Source: Candidatus Micrarchaeota archaeon
GTDB lineage: Archaea; Micrarchaeota; Micrarchaeia; Norongarragalinales; SBBD01
DNA length: 64,000 bases
Direction of reading: 5' to 3'
Assembly: GCA_016212475.1 (NCBI GenBank)
Contig: JACRGC010000002.1
Span: 3,897-67,896 of the forward strand
Part shown: in pieces, positions 21,285 through 31,559 of the stretch
How positions within the stretch are numbered: the stretch's first letter is position 1
Layout: the number at the start of each line of letters is the position of its first letter
Translations under genes and position numbers: made by a program
The notes under the pieces: model-generated
What the model was told of the DNA's origin: nothing
The model's database searches: none
What the model saw: only the letters and a program-made list of their open reading frames with translations

Positions 21285-23354
21285 TCATTTTTTCAATTTT
21301 TTACCCTCAATCAATTTTTCCTTTTCCTTGAACAATTCCCTCCTTTCCTCCGCTGTTTTTAGCTCTGTTAGGGCGTCCCTGATTCTGATTGCCTCTTCGA
21401 ACTTGAGCTCTTCAGCTGCCTGCCTCATTTTTGCCTCCAAATCAATTATCTGCCGCTGGAGCTGGGTTTCCCCAAGATGCTTTATTCCCTTGATGGTCCC
21501 TTCCTTTCGGGAAACCGATTTGATGATTGTTTTTGGTGTTATGTGGTACTTCTTATTATACATTATCTGCTCATGCCTTCTTCTTTGGGTAATTTCCATT
21601 GCGGATTTGATGGATTTTGTCAAAACATCCGCGTACAAATACACTTTTCCATCAACATTCCGAGAAGCCCTTCCAATTGTTTGTATTAAACTGCGCTCGT
21701 CCCGCAAAAACCCTTCCTTGTCGGCATCAAGTATGCAAATTGTTGCTACTTCTGGGATATCCAGCCCTTCACGAAGCAAATTGATCCCAACCAAAATATC
21801 AAATTCGCCGATGCGAAGCTGCCTAACCAGCTCTATCCTATCAAGGCTATCTATATCGCTGTGCATATACCTGACTTTGAACCCTTCCTTGACCAAATAA
21901 TCCGTCAAATCCTCCGCCATCTTCTTTGTAAGTGTTGTAACGAGCACACGATTCCCATTTTCAATAGTTAGCCTTGCAGTGCGCATAAGATGCTTCATTT
22001 GCCCATTGATCGGCTGCAATTCGACAATAGGATCAAGAAGACCAGTTGGCCTTGTGATCAAATCAACTTTCTGCGAGCTTTTTTGCAACTCATACTCGGC
22101 CGGAGTTGCGGAAACAAACAATGTTTGGGGCATCTTCTTTTCAAACTCCTCGAATTTCAATGGCCTGTTGTCAAATGCGCATGGCAATCTGAATCCAAAA
22201 TCCACCAAATTCTTTTTACGTGCAAAATCCCCATTATACATTGCCCTTGATTGTGGTATTGTCTGATGGCTTTCATCAATAATTAGCAAAAAGTCCTTTG
22301 GGAAGTAATCCAGCAACACATACGGGGGCTCTCCAGGCTTTCTTCCATCAAAATGGCGCGTGTAATTTTCAATTCCTGAGCAATAGCCCAGCTCTTCAAT
22401 CATCTCCAAATCATACTTTACCCTCTGGGAAAGCCTTTGCGCTTCGAGGGGAGCCATTTTAGGGAGGACTTCTTCAAGCTCTTGCCTAATCATTTGAATT
22501 CCCTTCTTTTTCATCTCTTCCGGAACAACATACTGCTCTGCTGGGAAAATCACGGTTTCTTCAAGTGAATTTTTTACATTCATTGTGATCGAGTCAAGTT
22601 CCTTCATTGATTTGATTTTTCCATCCAAAAGTTCTATTCTCAAAATATCCTTCTCATAAACCGGGACCACATCGATTACATCTCCCCGCACTCTGAATTT
22701 TCCGCCCTCTAGTGATTGATCATTCCTCTCAAATTGGATTGCAAGAAGCGCCTGCAGAAGGGTTTGACGATTCATTGCCATCCCTTTTTTCAAATCAATT
22801 GACAGCTCCTTGAAATAATTTGGGTTCCCAAGCCCGTAGATGCAGCTGATGCTTGCTACGACAATCACATCATTCCTGCTGATTAGTGAAGAAACCGCAT
22901 GCATCCTCATCCTTTCAATTTCATCATTCCTGCTAGAGTCTTTCTCAATGTACGTGTCGGTTGTTGGGATGTAAGATTCGGGCTGGTAATAATCGTAAAA
23001 AGAAATGAAATACTCGACCCGGTTGTTTGGGAAATACTCCTTAAGCTCGGTATAAAGCTGCGCTGCCAGCGTTTTGTTGTGAGCAACAATAAGGGTTGGT
23101 TTTTGCAATCCCTCTATCACATTTGCCATCACGAAAGTTTTGCCAGAGCCGGTGATTCCAAGGAGGGTTTGCTTATTTGAAATTGTTTTGCCTTCATTTG
23201 ATTGGACTATGCCATTTGTTCCCATAGTTTGTTTTGATTTCCTGTAATTTCCTTTTTGCGGCTTATTTTCTTTACTAAAACCTTCCAGTATCCTATCAAT
23301 TGCCCCTTTCTGGCCGGGGGAAATTTTGAACGGTGCCTTAAGCTGGAATTGCAT
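21285..23354 (-). CDS. uvrB: Excinuclease ABC subunit B
   Basis: GITGSGKT, YDYYQPE beta-hairpin, DESH, QTIGRASR, C-terminal UVR; about 25-aa extra segment before Walker A. Confidence 0.98.
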   Translation of the reverse strand: MQFQLKAPFKISPGQKGAIDRILEGFSKENKPQKGNYRKSKQTMGTNGIVQSNEGKTISNKQTLLGITGSGKTFVMANVIEGLQKPTLIVAHNKTLAAQLYTELKEYFPNNRVEYFISFYDYYQPESYIPTTDTYIEKDSSRNDEIERMRMHAVSSLISRNDVIVVASISCIYGLGNPNYFKELSIDLKKGMAMNRQTLLQALLAIQFERNDQSLEGGKFRVRGDVIDVVPVYEKDILRIELLDGKIKSMKELDSITMNVKNSLEETVIFPAEQYVVPEEMKKKGIQMIRQELEEVLPKMAPLEAQRLSQRVKYDLEMIEELGYCSGIENYTRHFDGRKPGEPPYVLLDYFPKDFLLIIDESHQTIPQSRAMYNGDFARKKNLVDFGFRLPCAFDNRPLKFEEFEKKMPQTLFVSATPAEYELQKSSQKVDLITRPTGLLDPIVELQPINGQMKHLMRTARLTIENGNRVLVTTLTKKMAEDLTDYLVKEGFKVRYMHSDIDSLDRIELVRQLRIGEFDILVGINLLREGLDIPEVATICILDADKEGFLRDERSLIQTIGRASRNVDGKVYLYADVLTKSIKSAMEITQRRRHEQIMYNKKYHITPKTIIKSVSRKEGTIKGIKHLGETQLQRQIIDLEAKMRQAAEELKFEEAIRIRDALTELKTAEERRELFKEKEKLIEGKKLKK

Positions 23355-23587
23355 AACTTAGCCTCCAAAACTAGATTTTCCTAACGATGGTATTAATTCC
23401 ATACCTTACCTTAAAAAGCTGTTTGGGGGGATGGTTTCGGGTGGTTTTGCGAGCCAAATAAGCGGATCGGATTGTGGTAATAAACAGAAAAAAAATTCAT
23501 TTTACAACTGTCCCTTGCTTGCAAACAAATCCAAAAATATATATACTACCCCGTATTGACCTTATTGCCCACAAAAAAGCGCTTAAG

Positions 23588-25780
23588 ATGGAACCGCAAG
23601 TATTTTCCACTCTTACGCACGCCGGATTAATAAAGAAAAGGCGATTTTCAAAAAAATTCGCTTTCGGATCCCGTCGCGACGCTTTCCTAATATTACTGAT
23701 TTCCTTGTTTGCCAATATTGGCGCTGTTGATTATACCTATTCCTTCATTTCCCCAACCCGTCACACAAGCTATGATGTGTTGGATTCGGGGGCATATGCC
23801 CATTATCTCAAGCTAAACCTCACCCACTCGATGGAAAATTCATCCTCTTGCACGATGATTTTGACAAAACCTGATAATTCCCAGCAGAATTATTCCTTGA
23901 ATGTTATTGAAAATAATTGCTTTGGAAATGCAACCCTGTCTCTTCTTGGCAACTATTCCTTCATTCTGGCAGTTGGGGATGCAATTGGCAATTCATTCCA
24001 AACAACCCCGGAGTGGACTGTTGGCCAGTGGTGCGATACGGAACTTTCAGCTAGCTTGAAATTGGCTGGCAATCTGGATGCAAATTTGCTCCAAACCAAT
24101 TATTGCCTTGATATGGTCGCCCCAAACGTTATTCTTGATTGCAATGGCTTTGACATAACCGCAGTTTCCGGAGCGATTGATTATGCAATCCGTCTTGGAG
24201 GCGCAAATTCCGTTGTCAAAAACTGCAATTTCAAGGGCCCATTCCCCAATGCCTATATCCTGATAAGTGATTTTTTGGGCGGCAACCAATCTAATTTCAG
24301 CATTATTAACAATACGTTTGATTCTGCAAATGTTCCGGGTTATGGGGATATAATAACCGATTTTGGCTCGACAGAAAACGCAAATTACACCTTGATTTCA
24401 GGAAATACATTTTCACATTCCGCAATTATTTCCGGGAATATGCTGTATTTGGATTTTATTGGCAATGTTTTTTCATCAGGCTCAAAGGTTGCAACTGAAA
24501 CGATTGCGGGCGGATTGCCAAATGCTCTACTTTTCGAGGAGCGGGGAAATGGTGCAGGTTCGCGCAATTATTGGCGCATGGAAGGCAACATATTCAATGC
24601 AGTGGGATCGGATTCCGGTTCAGGTGGGGGTTGCATATCCGTTGCCGAAAATACACTTGGAGGGAGCCATATCACGGATTTCATCAATAATGCGTGTTTA
24701 ACGGATGTTTCCACGACCCAGATTTACCATGCCGGAGGAGCATCCCAAGGGAACCTTTCCATAATCAATTCCACCTTTTCTCCAAACGGTTTATCAGGAT
24801 GGGAAAACAACGGCGCGGGTATTTTTACGAATGTCTATTGGTGGGTTGAATTAAACATCACCAATGCAACTTCTCCCCTTGAAAATGCAGTCGTGGCATA
24901 TTATGATGCATCTGGGGCTTTGATGGCTTCCGGATTAACGAATTCACAAGGAATTGCCTCTTTTCTTGTCCAAGAAGCTGTGCATATTGACAACTCCCCA
25001 ACGGATATTTACAAAACCCCCCACATGTTTTCAGCCAATCTTTCAGGATATAATGCTTCGGCAGTAAATTCGACAATAAACTCGAGCAAAACTATTTCAA
25101 TCCAGTTGGCCCAAGCAATAATTGTTGCGCCCACTCCAACTCCAACAACTGCGCCTTTGGCAACCCAATCCCAATCTTCCGGTTCCTCATCCGGCGGAAG
25201 GGTGGAACAAAAAGAAATTGAAAAAGCCTCCCCAAAACCAGCTGAAAATCCCCCAACCGCCAAAACAGAAAAAGAAGCTCCCCCAACTCCAAATGCAAAG
25301 GGATTTCAGGCGCTTGTAACGGATATATCCGAATCCTTATTTGACATTGTGGTTTTGGTGCTTGAAAAAAACATCAAAATCGGCGATAACCCTACAGCAA
25401 AGATTTCCCTGACAAAATTCAACAAGCCCGGGCTTTTGCCGGTTGATTTGCACTATGAAATCAGAACAAAATCCGGCGATTTGGTAAGCGCTGAGGATGA
25501 AAAAGTAATAGTTGATGTGAATTTTGATTTCCTAAAAACGCTTCCCCTCCCCCCGGGAATTCGGCCGGGCGATTATTCATATTACGCCAAAGTCACATAT
25601 GAAGGTGGGAAAATTGCCGAATCGTCCGATGCGTTCAAATTGGAGGGGGGGAAGAATGCTTCAGGGGCAGGAATTGGGGAAACTGCGGGTTTATTGGCCG
25701 TTCCTGCAATTGGAGTGATCGCATTCATTGCCGGCATAAGATTGATGAGGAGGAAAGTCGATGCATTTGAAGCCAAATAG
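23588..25780 (+). CDS. Cell-surface glycoprotein: beta-helix region, P/T/S linker, Ig-like domain, C-terminal TM anchor
   Basis: Hydrophobic N-terminal segment, NVILDCNG..I beta-helix start, many N-x-S/T sequons, APTPTPT..SSGSSSGG linker, TM followed by RRK; start uncertain (23474 or 23588). Confidence 0.75.
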   Translation: MEPQVFSTLTHAGLIKKRRFSKKFAFGSRRDAFLILLISLFANIGAVDYTYSFISPTRHTSYDVLDSGAYAHYLKLNLTHSMENSSSCTMILTKPDNSQQNYSLNVIENNCFGNATLSLLGNYSFILAVGDAIGNSFQTTPEWTVGQWCDTELSASLKLAGNLDANLLQTNYCLDMVAPNVILDCNGFDITAVSGAIDYAIRLGGANSVVKNCNFKGPFPNAYILISDFLGGNQSNFSIINNTFDSANVPGYGDIITDFGSTENANYTLISGNTFSHSAIISGNMLYLDFIGNVFSSGSKVATETIAGGLPNALLFEERGNGAGSRNYWRMEGNIFNAVGSDSGSGGGCISVAENTLGGSHITDFINNACLTDVSTTQIYHAGGASQGNLSIINSTFSPNGLSGWENNGAGIFTNVYWWVELNITNATSPLENAVVAYYDASGALMASGLTNSQGIASFLVQEAVHIDNSPTDIYKTPHMFSANLSGYNASAVNSTINSSKTISIQLAQAIIVAPTPTPTTAPLATQSQSSGSSSGGRVEQKEIEKASPKPAENPPTAKTEKEAPPTPNAKGFQALVTDISESLFDIVVLVLEKNIKIGDNPTAKISLTKFNKPGLLPVDLHYEIRTKSGDLVSAEDEKVIVDVNFDFLKTLPLPPGIRPGDYSYYAKVTYEGGKIAESSDAFKLEGGKNASGAGIGETAGLLAVPAIGVIAFIAGIRLMRRKVDAFEAK

Positions 25781-25813
25781 GAAAAAATGCCATATTCCGA
25801 TTTACCCAAGCAG

Positions 25814-26383
25814 TTATTTTTTCCCAATCCTTTTTGAAACAATGCCCCGGATCCTGTTCCTTAGCGATCTTTTCTCAAGGTATGGCGGCAGGTATTTGTT
25901 TAGAAGCAATCCAATTGATAGCAAAACAAAAATCGGTATTGCAAAAAGGATATAGGAATCCTGCTCGTTTTTAAGCCCCTTGATGCCAAAGCTTTCCTCA
26001 CTCGAATAATCCTTTTCAAGCGAAGTGATGGACGCCCTGATGGCATAATTCCCCTCCTTCAAATCAATCGGGATTGCCATGCTATCAACATCCGAAACCT
26101 GCGTTTCAACGGCAATTGTTTTTGTTTTGGACTTGACTGAAAATCCCTTCCCATCCAAAATGTCGAATTTCAATGTTACATCCATCCTGCGCACTGCGCC
26201 ATGGTTGAAAACCTTAGTCGTAAACCAGATCTCATCCCCTGCAACAACGGAATGGTAGTTGTCTGCTATTTCCAATTTGATGGTAAAGGTTTCGGCGGCT
26301 TGGGCGCTTGTTGGGAGCAAAATCCCAAGCAGGCCAAGCAATGCCAGAACCTCCAAAATCCCCCTTGTTGTGATTTGTTTCAT
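25814..26383 (-). CDS. Exported Ig-like single-domain protein with C-terminal TM anchor
   Basis: Signal peptide ending AQA, beta-rich domain ending EGNY, TM and basic tail; overlaps the upstream gene by 4 bp. Confidence 0.75.
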   Translation of the reverse strand: MKQITTRGILEVLALLGLLGILLPTSAQAAETFTIKLEIADNYHSVVAGDEIWFTTKVFNHGAVRRMDVTLKFDILDGKGFSVKSKTKTIAVETQVSDVDSMAIPIDLKEGNYAIRASITSLEKDYSSEESFGIKGLKNEQDSYILFAIPIFVLLSIGLLLNKYLPPYLEKRSLRNRIRGIVSKRIGKK

Positions 26384-26877
26384 TTTCCCTCGACCTTGTC
26401 AAAAAATCCATAAATTTTATTCAAAAGCTCCTCCTCCCCTGTTTTTGGCGTGAATGCCATCACATGGACGCCCTTTTCGGATGAATACTCCGTTATTTCC
26501 TTCATGAATTGTGCAACCTTGTTGTCGTTATTGTAAATCAAAAGGGTTGAAAGCGAATCCAAAATCAGCCATTTTTCGCCCGGGATTTCATGCAAAAATT
26601 CCCTGATTGCAAAGCTTAATTTGCCAAGTTCCCTGGGGTTTATCTGGAGGATATTTTCATCCATTTTTTCGGAAGAGACGCAATCAATCATGAAAATCTT
26701 TTCAACAGAAGCGTTTGTTTTCCCCAGTTCCTCAATTGCCTTTTTTGCGTTTTTATTGAGGGAAACATATATCCCAAAATCCCTGTTGTTGCCCCTGATT
26801 GCTTCCGCAATCTTCCTCTGGATTGCCTCGACTTTGGTGATTACAAGGATGGAGCCCATATTCTCACTGCTTTGCAT
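26380..26877 (-). CDS. Degenerate RecA/KaiC-superfamily ATPase-like protein (DUF835/DUF7504-like)
   Basis: GIYVSLNK, FMIDCVS, ILDSLSTLLIYN; no Walker A. Confidence 0.72.
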   Translation of the reverse strand: MQSSENMGSILVITKVEAIQRKIAEAIRGNNRDFGIYVSLNKNAKKAIEELGKTNASVEKIFMIDCVSSEKMDENILQINPRELGKLSFAIREFLHEIPGEKWLILDSLSTLLIYNNDNKVAQFMKEITEYSSEKGVHVMAFTPKTGEEELLNKIYGFFDKVEGK

Positions 26878-27244
26878 TGATTTTTTCCGATGCCATTGAC
26901 CTGACCCTTTTAATCAAATCATCTTTTTTAAACGGCTTTGTGATATAATCGGAAATCCCCTCCTTTTTCAATTCCTCAAGCCTTTCCTTGGATACCGGAA
27001 TTGCACTAAGGAAAGCATATTTTGATTCGCTTGGGTTTTTTCTGAGTTTTTCAAAAATATCCCACCCCGACATGTCCGGAAGCATGATGTCGAGCAAAAT
27101 CACATCAAATTTCTGTGTTTTCAGAACATCGAAGCATGTTTTTCCGCAATCCGCAATTGTCGTATCAAATCCGGCATGCGTAAGAATGATCCTAACAGCT
27201 TCGGCTGTATCCTTGCTATCCTCCACATATAAAATTCTGCCCAT
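26864..27244 (-). CDS. Stand-alone receiver-domain response regulator
   Basis: VED, LLDIMLPDMSG (phospho-Asp), SA, KPF motifs. Confidence 0.95.
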   Translation of the reverse strand: MGRILYVEDSKDTAEAVRIILTHAGFDTTIADCGKTCFDVLKTQKFDVILLDIMLPDMSGWDIFEKLRKNPSESKYAFLSAIPVSKERLEELKKEGISDYITKPFKKDDLIKRVRSMASEKINAKQ

Positions 27245-27306
27245 TTAAAGACCACCCAAGAAATTAATGCGCATTTTTATCATCCATTTTATTTGAAGCA
27301 CATATA

Positions 27307-30300
27307 CTATTTTTCCATCCCTTTTATAGTTTCCTTTTTCCTGATCGGAAGTTTGAATGAAAAAACCGTTCCCTTCCCAAAAACCGAATCCACCTCGATT
27401 TTCCCTCCGTGCATTTCAACAAGCATCTTGCAAATCGAAAGCCCAAGCCCCGAACCTCCGTATTTGCGGTCAACCGATGCGTCCACCTGGTAGAATTTCT
27501 GGAACAAGTTGCCAACCTTATCTTCGGGTATCCCAATTCCTGTATCAATCACGCTAACCTCCACAAATTCTCCCTTCCTCTCCGCTGTGATTGTTACCCC
27601 TCCGGTTTCCGTGAATTTGATTGCATTGGTTGTCAGGTTTGTTATGATTTCCTTAAGCCGGATTTCATCGCCCTCAATTGTTGGGATATCCGAAATTTCA
27701 GATTTGAGGAAGATCTGTTTTTCCTCTGCCAGCAATCTAATGTCCTCAATTACGCCCTCAATCACATCCTTTACGTTAACATCCGTATAGTTCATCTCAA
27801 ACCTGCCGGATTCAACCCTTGAAATTTCGAGGATGTTTTCAATCAATATCCTAAGCTGCTCCTTGTTCCTGCGGATCGCATTCATGCTCTTTAGGACCTG
27901 CGGATCAACCTTGTCCTTGTAATCATCAATCACATCTATGTGCGCGGATATTGCCGTTATAGGTGTTTTCAGCTCATGCGAAACCATGTTGAGGAATTCC
28001 GTCTTGACTTTATCGAGGCGTTTCAGTTCCTGGTTGCTGTTTTCCATGTTTTCAATTATAGTTGCCCTCTCAGTAATGTCTTCAAATATCATCAAATAGC
28101 CAAGCGGTGCCTGTTTTTCAGTTGACAATAACGGGACTGCAGTGGTATTGATGGTTCGTTTTCCGGTTTTGCGTGTGTTCAAAAGCCCCATCGATTTTAA
28201 CATGTCGAAATCTAATTCAACTATTTTTTCCAAATTTATTCCTGCCTTGAGCTGCCTAACTTCTTCGGGAGTTTGCGCAGGAAGGTTGAATATGCTTTTC
28301 ATACGGCTATCTTCAACAGACTCTATTCCTAATAGCAGCAAAGTTGCCTTGTTCATGCTTTTTAGCAAGCCATCATTGCCGTAAAAAGAAATCCCAAGCG
28401 GTGATTGCTCGTACATGCCCCTGAATAAGGTTTGGCTCTCAGAAAGTTTATCCTCCAATTCCTTCCTTTTTGTGATGTCCTCCTTGATTGCAATGAAGTG
28501 GCTGACTGAACCGTCTTTTTCAAGGATCGGAGTGATTGTCATTTGTTCTATGCCCCCCCTTCCGCCCTTATAGCTGTTGATAATTTCGCCCGACCATGTT
28601 TTTCCGCTATTAATCGTATCCCACAAATTCTTGTAAAATGCCAAATCCTGCTTTCCCGATTTAAGAATTCTGGGATTGGCCCCAATTGCCTCTTCAGAAC
28701 TGTAGCCCGTAAGTTTTGTAAATGAGGGGTTGACGTACTGAATTTTCCCGTAGATATCGGTAATTACAATCGCATTTTCAGCCGATTGCAAAGCGGATGA
28801 TAGCAGGCTCATCTGGTCATTCATTTTTATTTTTTCCGTAACATCCATCAAAATCCCAGCCATCCCAATTGGCGACCCATTCCTTGTTTTGACCGATGCC
28901 TTTGTGCTTAAAGTTATTTTTTTACCATCGGGAAGGAGGATGCTATGAATATCATCGTATTTTTCATTTCTGGAAATTGCGTTTTGGATGCCTAGTTGCA
29001 TTTTTTCTCTTTCCATTGGATCGACATATTTGAGGTAATTTTTGAACGAGCCCACAAAATTTTGGTCAATGCCCTTATACACGGAGCTAAAATTATCCGA
29101 AAAAATAACCTTATCATTGATCATATCCCAATCGAAAGTGACCGCATTTGCCGATGTGATCGAATAGTTCAGCCTCTCCTCGCTTTCCTTAAGCTTAAGT
29201 TCCGCCGCCTTGATTTTGCTTATGTCCCTAACAGTTGCCTGCAAAAGGTCCTTTCCGCCCCAGTTGAACCTGGAAAGGAGAACTGTTGCAGAAAATTCAG
29301 TGCCATCGAGTTTTTTATGCGTCCATTCAAAGAAATTTTTTCCCTCTGTCATTGCCTTCATTATCGCATTTTTTGCCATCTCCCCTGAAGGCTGCCCGTT
29401 TGGCTGCAACAGAGGTGAAACATCCCAAGGGCCCAAATTTGTGAATTCATCAGAATTTTTCGCCCCGAATAATTTGACCGTTGCCGCATTGGCCGAAGTG
29501 AATTTCCATGTGGGCGGCTCTAGAGTCATGATTGCATCCTGGGAAGATTCAAAAACGTTCTTGAATTTTTCCTCATTTTCCCTAATTTCCGTGGATGTTT
29601 TTGATAATCTATCCAGCATGCTGTTGACCGAGATTGAAACATCTGTGATTTCATCATCGGATGCCACTTCCACCCTTGTTTTTATATCTCCAGTTTTAGA
29701 GATGACTTCCAGCTGTGTTTCCAATCTTGAAATCCTCTTGAGGAAAAATTCATCCACTAAAAAGCCTGCAAGAAGGACAAACCCGATGATTACAATAATC
29801 AGGATGTATATGAAATCATTTATGTTCTTCCTCCCATACTGGAAAATCGAACGGTCGTTTTGAACCTCAAGGAGATATTTTGGTTCGCCAAAAACATCGT
29901 TTATGGTCGAATAGCCCTCAATCATTGAATCATTAACCTCCAATATATAGCTGGCGGATTTTTTTTCCAGCAATTCCTTTTCAGCTATTTTATGGTTTGG
30001 GTGCCCATCCTCGCTACCAATCTCGTGGATTTTTATGCTGTATTTTAATTCCTCCCCAAGTTCGGAAATTTCAGTTTCATCCAAGAACCTGCCAATGAAG
30101 AGCCACCCTGTGCTTGGGCCATTCCCCTGGCTGTCAAAAATCGATTCAACGGCTATTATCATGGGGCCTTGCTTTAGGTAAATGAAGCCATCCAGATCCG
30201 TGTGATTTTCCACATTCGCATTTCCGAAATGATCCAATCCTTCGGATGTGAATTTCAAAAGCTTATCCTTGGTCATCAATTCAGCAATTCCATCGGGCAG

Positions 30301-30678
30301 AGGCAGAATTTTCTTATCCGTGTGGTCATAAAATCTGGTTAATACAGGGGAATATGATGAATTGAAAACCATTACCACATCAAAATGGTTGGCTTCGTGG
30401 GTGTATATCCCGATTCCGGATTTTTCGAATTCCGCATCCGGTGCCTTGGCATAATTATACATGTCATCCCATGTCGAATAATCGACAGCCGTCTGGTCGA
30501 GGTGCTCATATTCGGATACAAGCCTATCGTTTGCCTGCCTCACAATGGTTTCCATTTTTTCCTTTTCAAGATTCTTGTAGGTATCGAGCATCGGGCCTTT
30601 TGCATAGAGGAAAATGAGGAGAATTACAAGTGCGGATAGGGCGAGTAGGATCAATAATGTTTTGATGTGCGCCTTCAT
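27307..30678 (-). CDS. Membrane sensor histidine kinase (CHASE4-HAMP-PAS x4-HisKA-HATPase)
   Basis: DYSTWDD CHASE4 motif between two TMs, DEI HAMP, PAS/PAC repeats, SHELKTP H-box, NAIKFT, DTGIG, GSGLGL. Confidence 0.95.
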   Translation of the reverse strand: MKAHIKTLLILLALSALVILLIFLYAKGPMLDTYKNLEKEKMETIVRQANDRLVSEYEHLDQTAVDYSTWDDMYNYAKAPDAEFEKSGIGIYTHEANHFDVVMVFNSSYSPVLTRFYDHTDKKILPLPDGIAELMTKDKLLKFTSEGLDHFGNANVENHTDLDGFIYLKQGPMIIAVESIFDSQGNGPSTGWLFIGRFLDETEISELGEELKYSIKIHEIGSEDGHPNHKIAEKELLEKKSASYILEVNDSMIEGYSTINDVFGEPKYLLEVQNDRSIFQYGRKNINDFIYILIIVIIGFVLLAGFLVDEFFLKRISRLETQLEVISKTGDIKTRVEVASDDEITDVSISVNSMLDRLSKTSTEIRENEEKFKNVFESSQDAIMTLEPPTWKFTSANAATVKLFGAKNSDEFTNLGPWDVSPLLQPNGQPSGEMAKNAIMKAMTEGKNFFEWTHKKLDGTEFSATVLLSRFNWGGKDLLQATVRDISKIKAAELKLKESEERLNYSITSANAVTFDWDMINDKVIFSDNFSSVYKGIDQNFVGSFKNYLKYVDPMEREKMQLGIQNAISRNEKYDDIHSILLPDGKKITLSTKASVKTRNGSPIGMAGILMDVTEKIKMNDQMSLLSSALQSAENAIVITDIYGKIQYVNPSFTKLTGYSSEEAIGANPRILKSGKQDLAFYKNLWDTINSGKTWSGEIINSYKGGRGGIEQMTITPILEKDGSVSHFIAIKEDITKRKELEDKLSESQTLFRGMYEQSPLGISFYGNDGLLKSMNKATLLLLGIESVEDSRMKSIFNLPAQTPEEVRQLKAGINLEKIVELDFDMLKSMGLLNTRKTGKRTINTTAVPLLSTEKQAPLGYLMIFEDITERATIIENMENSNQELKRLDKVKTEFLNMVSHELKTPITAISAHIDVIDDYKDKVDPQVLKSMNAIRRNKEQLRILIENILEISRVESGRFEMNYTDVNVKDVIEGVIEDIRLLAEEKQIFLKSEISDIPTIEGDEIRLKEIITNLTTNAIKFTETGGVTITAERKGEFVEVSVIDTGIGIPEDKVGNLFQKFYQVDASVDRKYGGSGLGLSICKMLVEMHGGKIEVDSVFGKGTVFSFKLPIRKKETIKGMEK

Positions 30679-30911
30679 TTGCCCGCCACCTCAAACCAAT
30701 TTTTAGGCAGAGTTTCAAAACTGCCACTAGTGCTTGTATCATAACCCGACGATCCCAAGAAAAAATCAGCGTGGATTGCATAGCGTCGGGATCCGGGAAA
30801 AACCAAATTTCCCTTTATTAGTCCGCCGTTTGCCGGATATGAAAATTTTCCGGTTTGCATCTTATTCCGTGAATTGCCAAAATGGGTGCATTGAAAGCCA
30901 AGCGCTTCCAT
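30675..30911 (-). CDS. Hypothetical 78-aa protein or gene remnant
   Basis: ATGA stop/start overlap with the kinase; no family recognised. Confidence 0.35.
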   Translation of the reverse strand: MEALGFQCTHFGNSRNKMQTGKFSYPANGGLIKGNLVFPGSRRYAIHADFFLGSSGYDTSTSGSFETLPKNWFEVAGK

Positions 30912-31030
30912 ATAAAGCTACTCGGAAATCCTATATTAACCTTCGGAAAAAAAGGGTTATTCCCCAAAAGCGGAATTTGATGGAAAATTTTATTAAGATA
31001 GCCAAGTTAATCCCGTAAAAAGGTGGTGCC

Positions 31031-31516
31031 ATGCAAAAAATTATCCCGAATCTGTGGTTTGATTCAAATGCAGAGGAGGCTGCAAGGTTTTATGCGGCGA
31101 TTTTCAAGGATTCAAAAATAGGCGCCATTTCAAGGTTTGGCGAGGAGGGCGCAAAAGTCTCGGGCCAAAAAGCCGGATCCGTCATGACAGTTGCATTTTC
31201 CCTGAACGGGCAGGATTTCCTTGCACTCAATGGCGGGCCGATTTTCAAGTTTTCAGAGGCTATTTCATTTGTTGTCTATTGCGATAGCCAATCCGAAATC
31301 GATTATTATTGGGAAAAGCTGACGGAAGGCGGGCAGGAAGTGCAGTGCGGGTGGCTGAAGGACAAATTCGGGCTTTCATGGCAAATTGTCCCAACCGAGC
31401 TGGCAAAAATGATGCAAAGCGGGAATCCCGAAAAATCAAGGAAGGCAATGGAAGCACTGCTCAAAATGGTCAAGCTCGATATTGGGAAGCTGAAGGCGGC
31501 ATATGATTCCGGCTGA
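31031..31516 (+). CDS. VOC-family PhnB/3-demethylubiquinone-9 3-methyltransferase-like protein
   Basis: MQKI.P.LWFD, ALNGGP.F.FSEAISF, CGWLKDKFGLSWQ; SD AGGTGG. Confidence 0.92.
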   Translation: MQKIIPNLWFDSNAEEAARFYAAIFKDSKIGAISRFGEEGAKVSGQKAGSVMTVAFSLNGQDFLALNGGPIFKFSEAISFVVYCDSQSEIDYYWEKLTEGGQEVQCGWLKDKFGLSWQIVPTELAKMMQSGNPEKSRKAMEALLKMVKLDIGKLKAAYDSG

Positions 31517-31559
31517 AATAACTGTGATGATAAAAATATTTCTGAAATATGCTTCAGTT

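Noticed and set aside
21100-21290. Pyrimidine-rich low-complexity spacer between uvrB and uvrA
   Set aside because: No consistent repeat unit or mirror symmetry was found.
21148-21900. 250-aa plus-strand ORF (and similar long ORFs at 32628, 33395, 51483)
   Set aside because: Antisense to well-conserved genes (uvrB, EamA, hydrogenase, proC) with no recognisable motifs.
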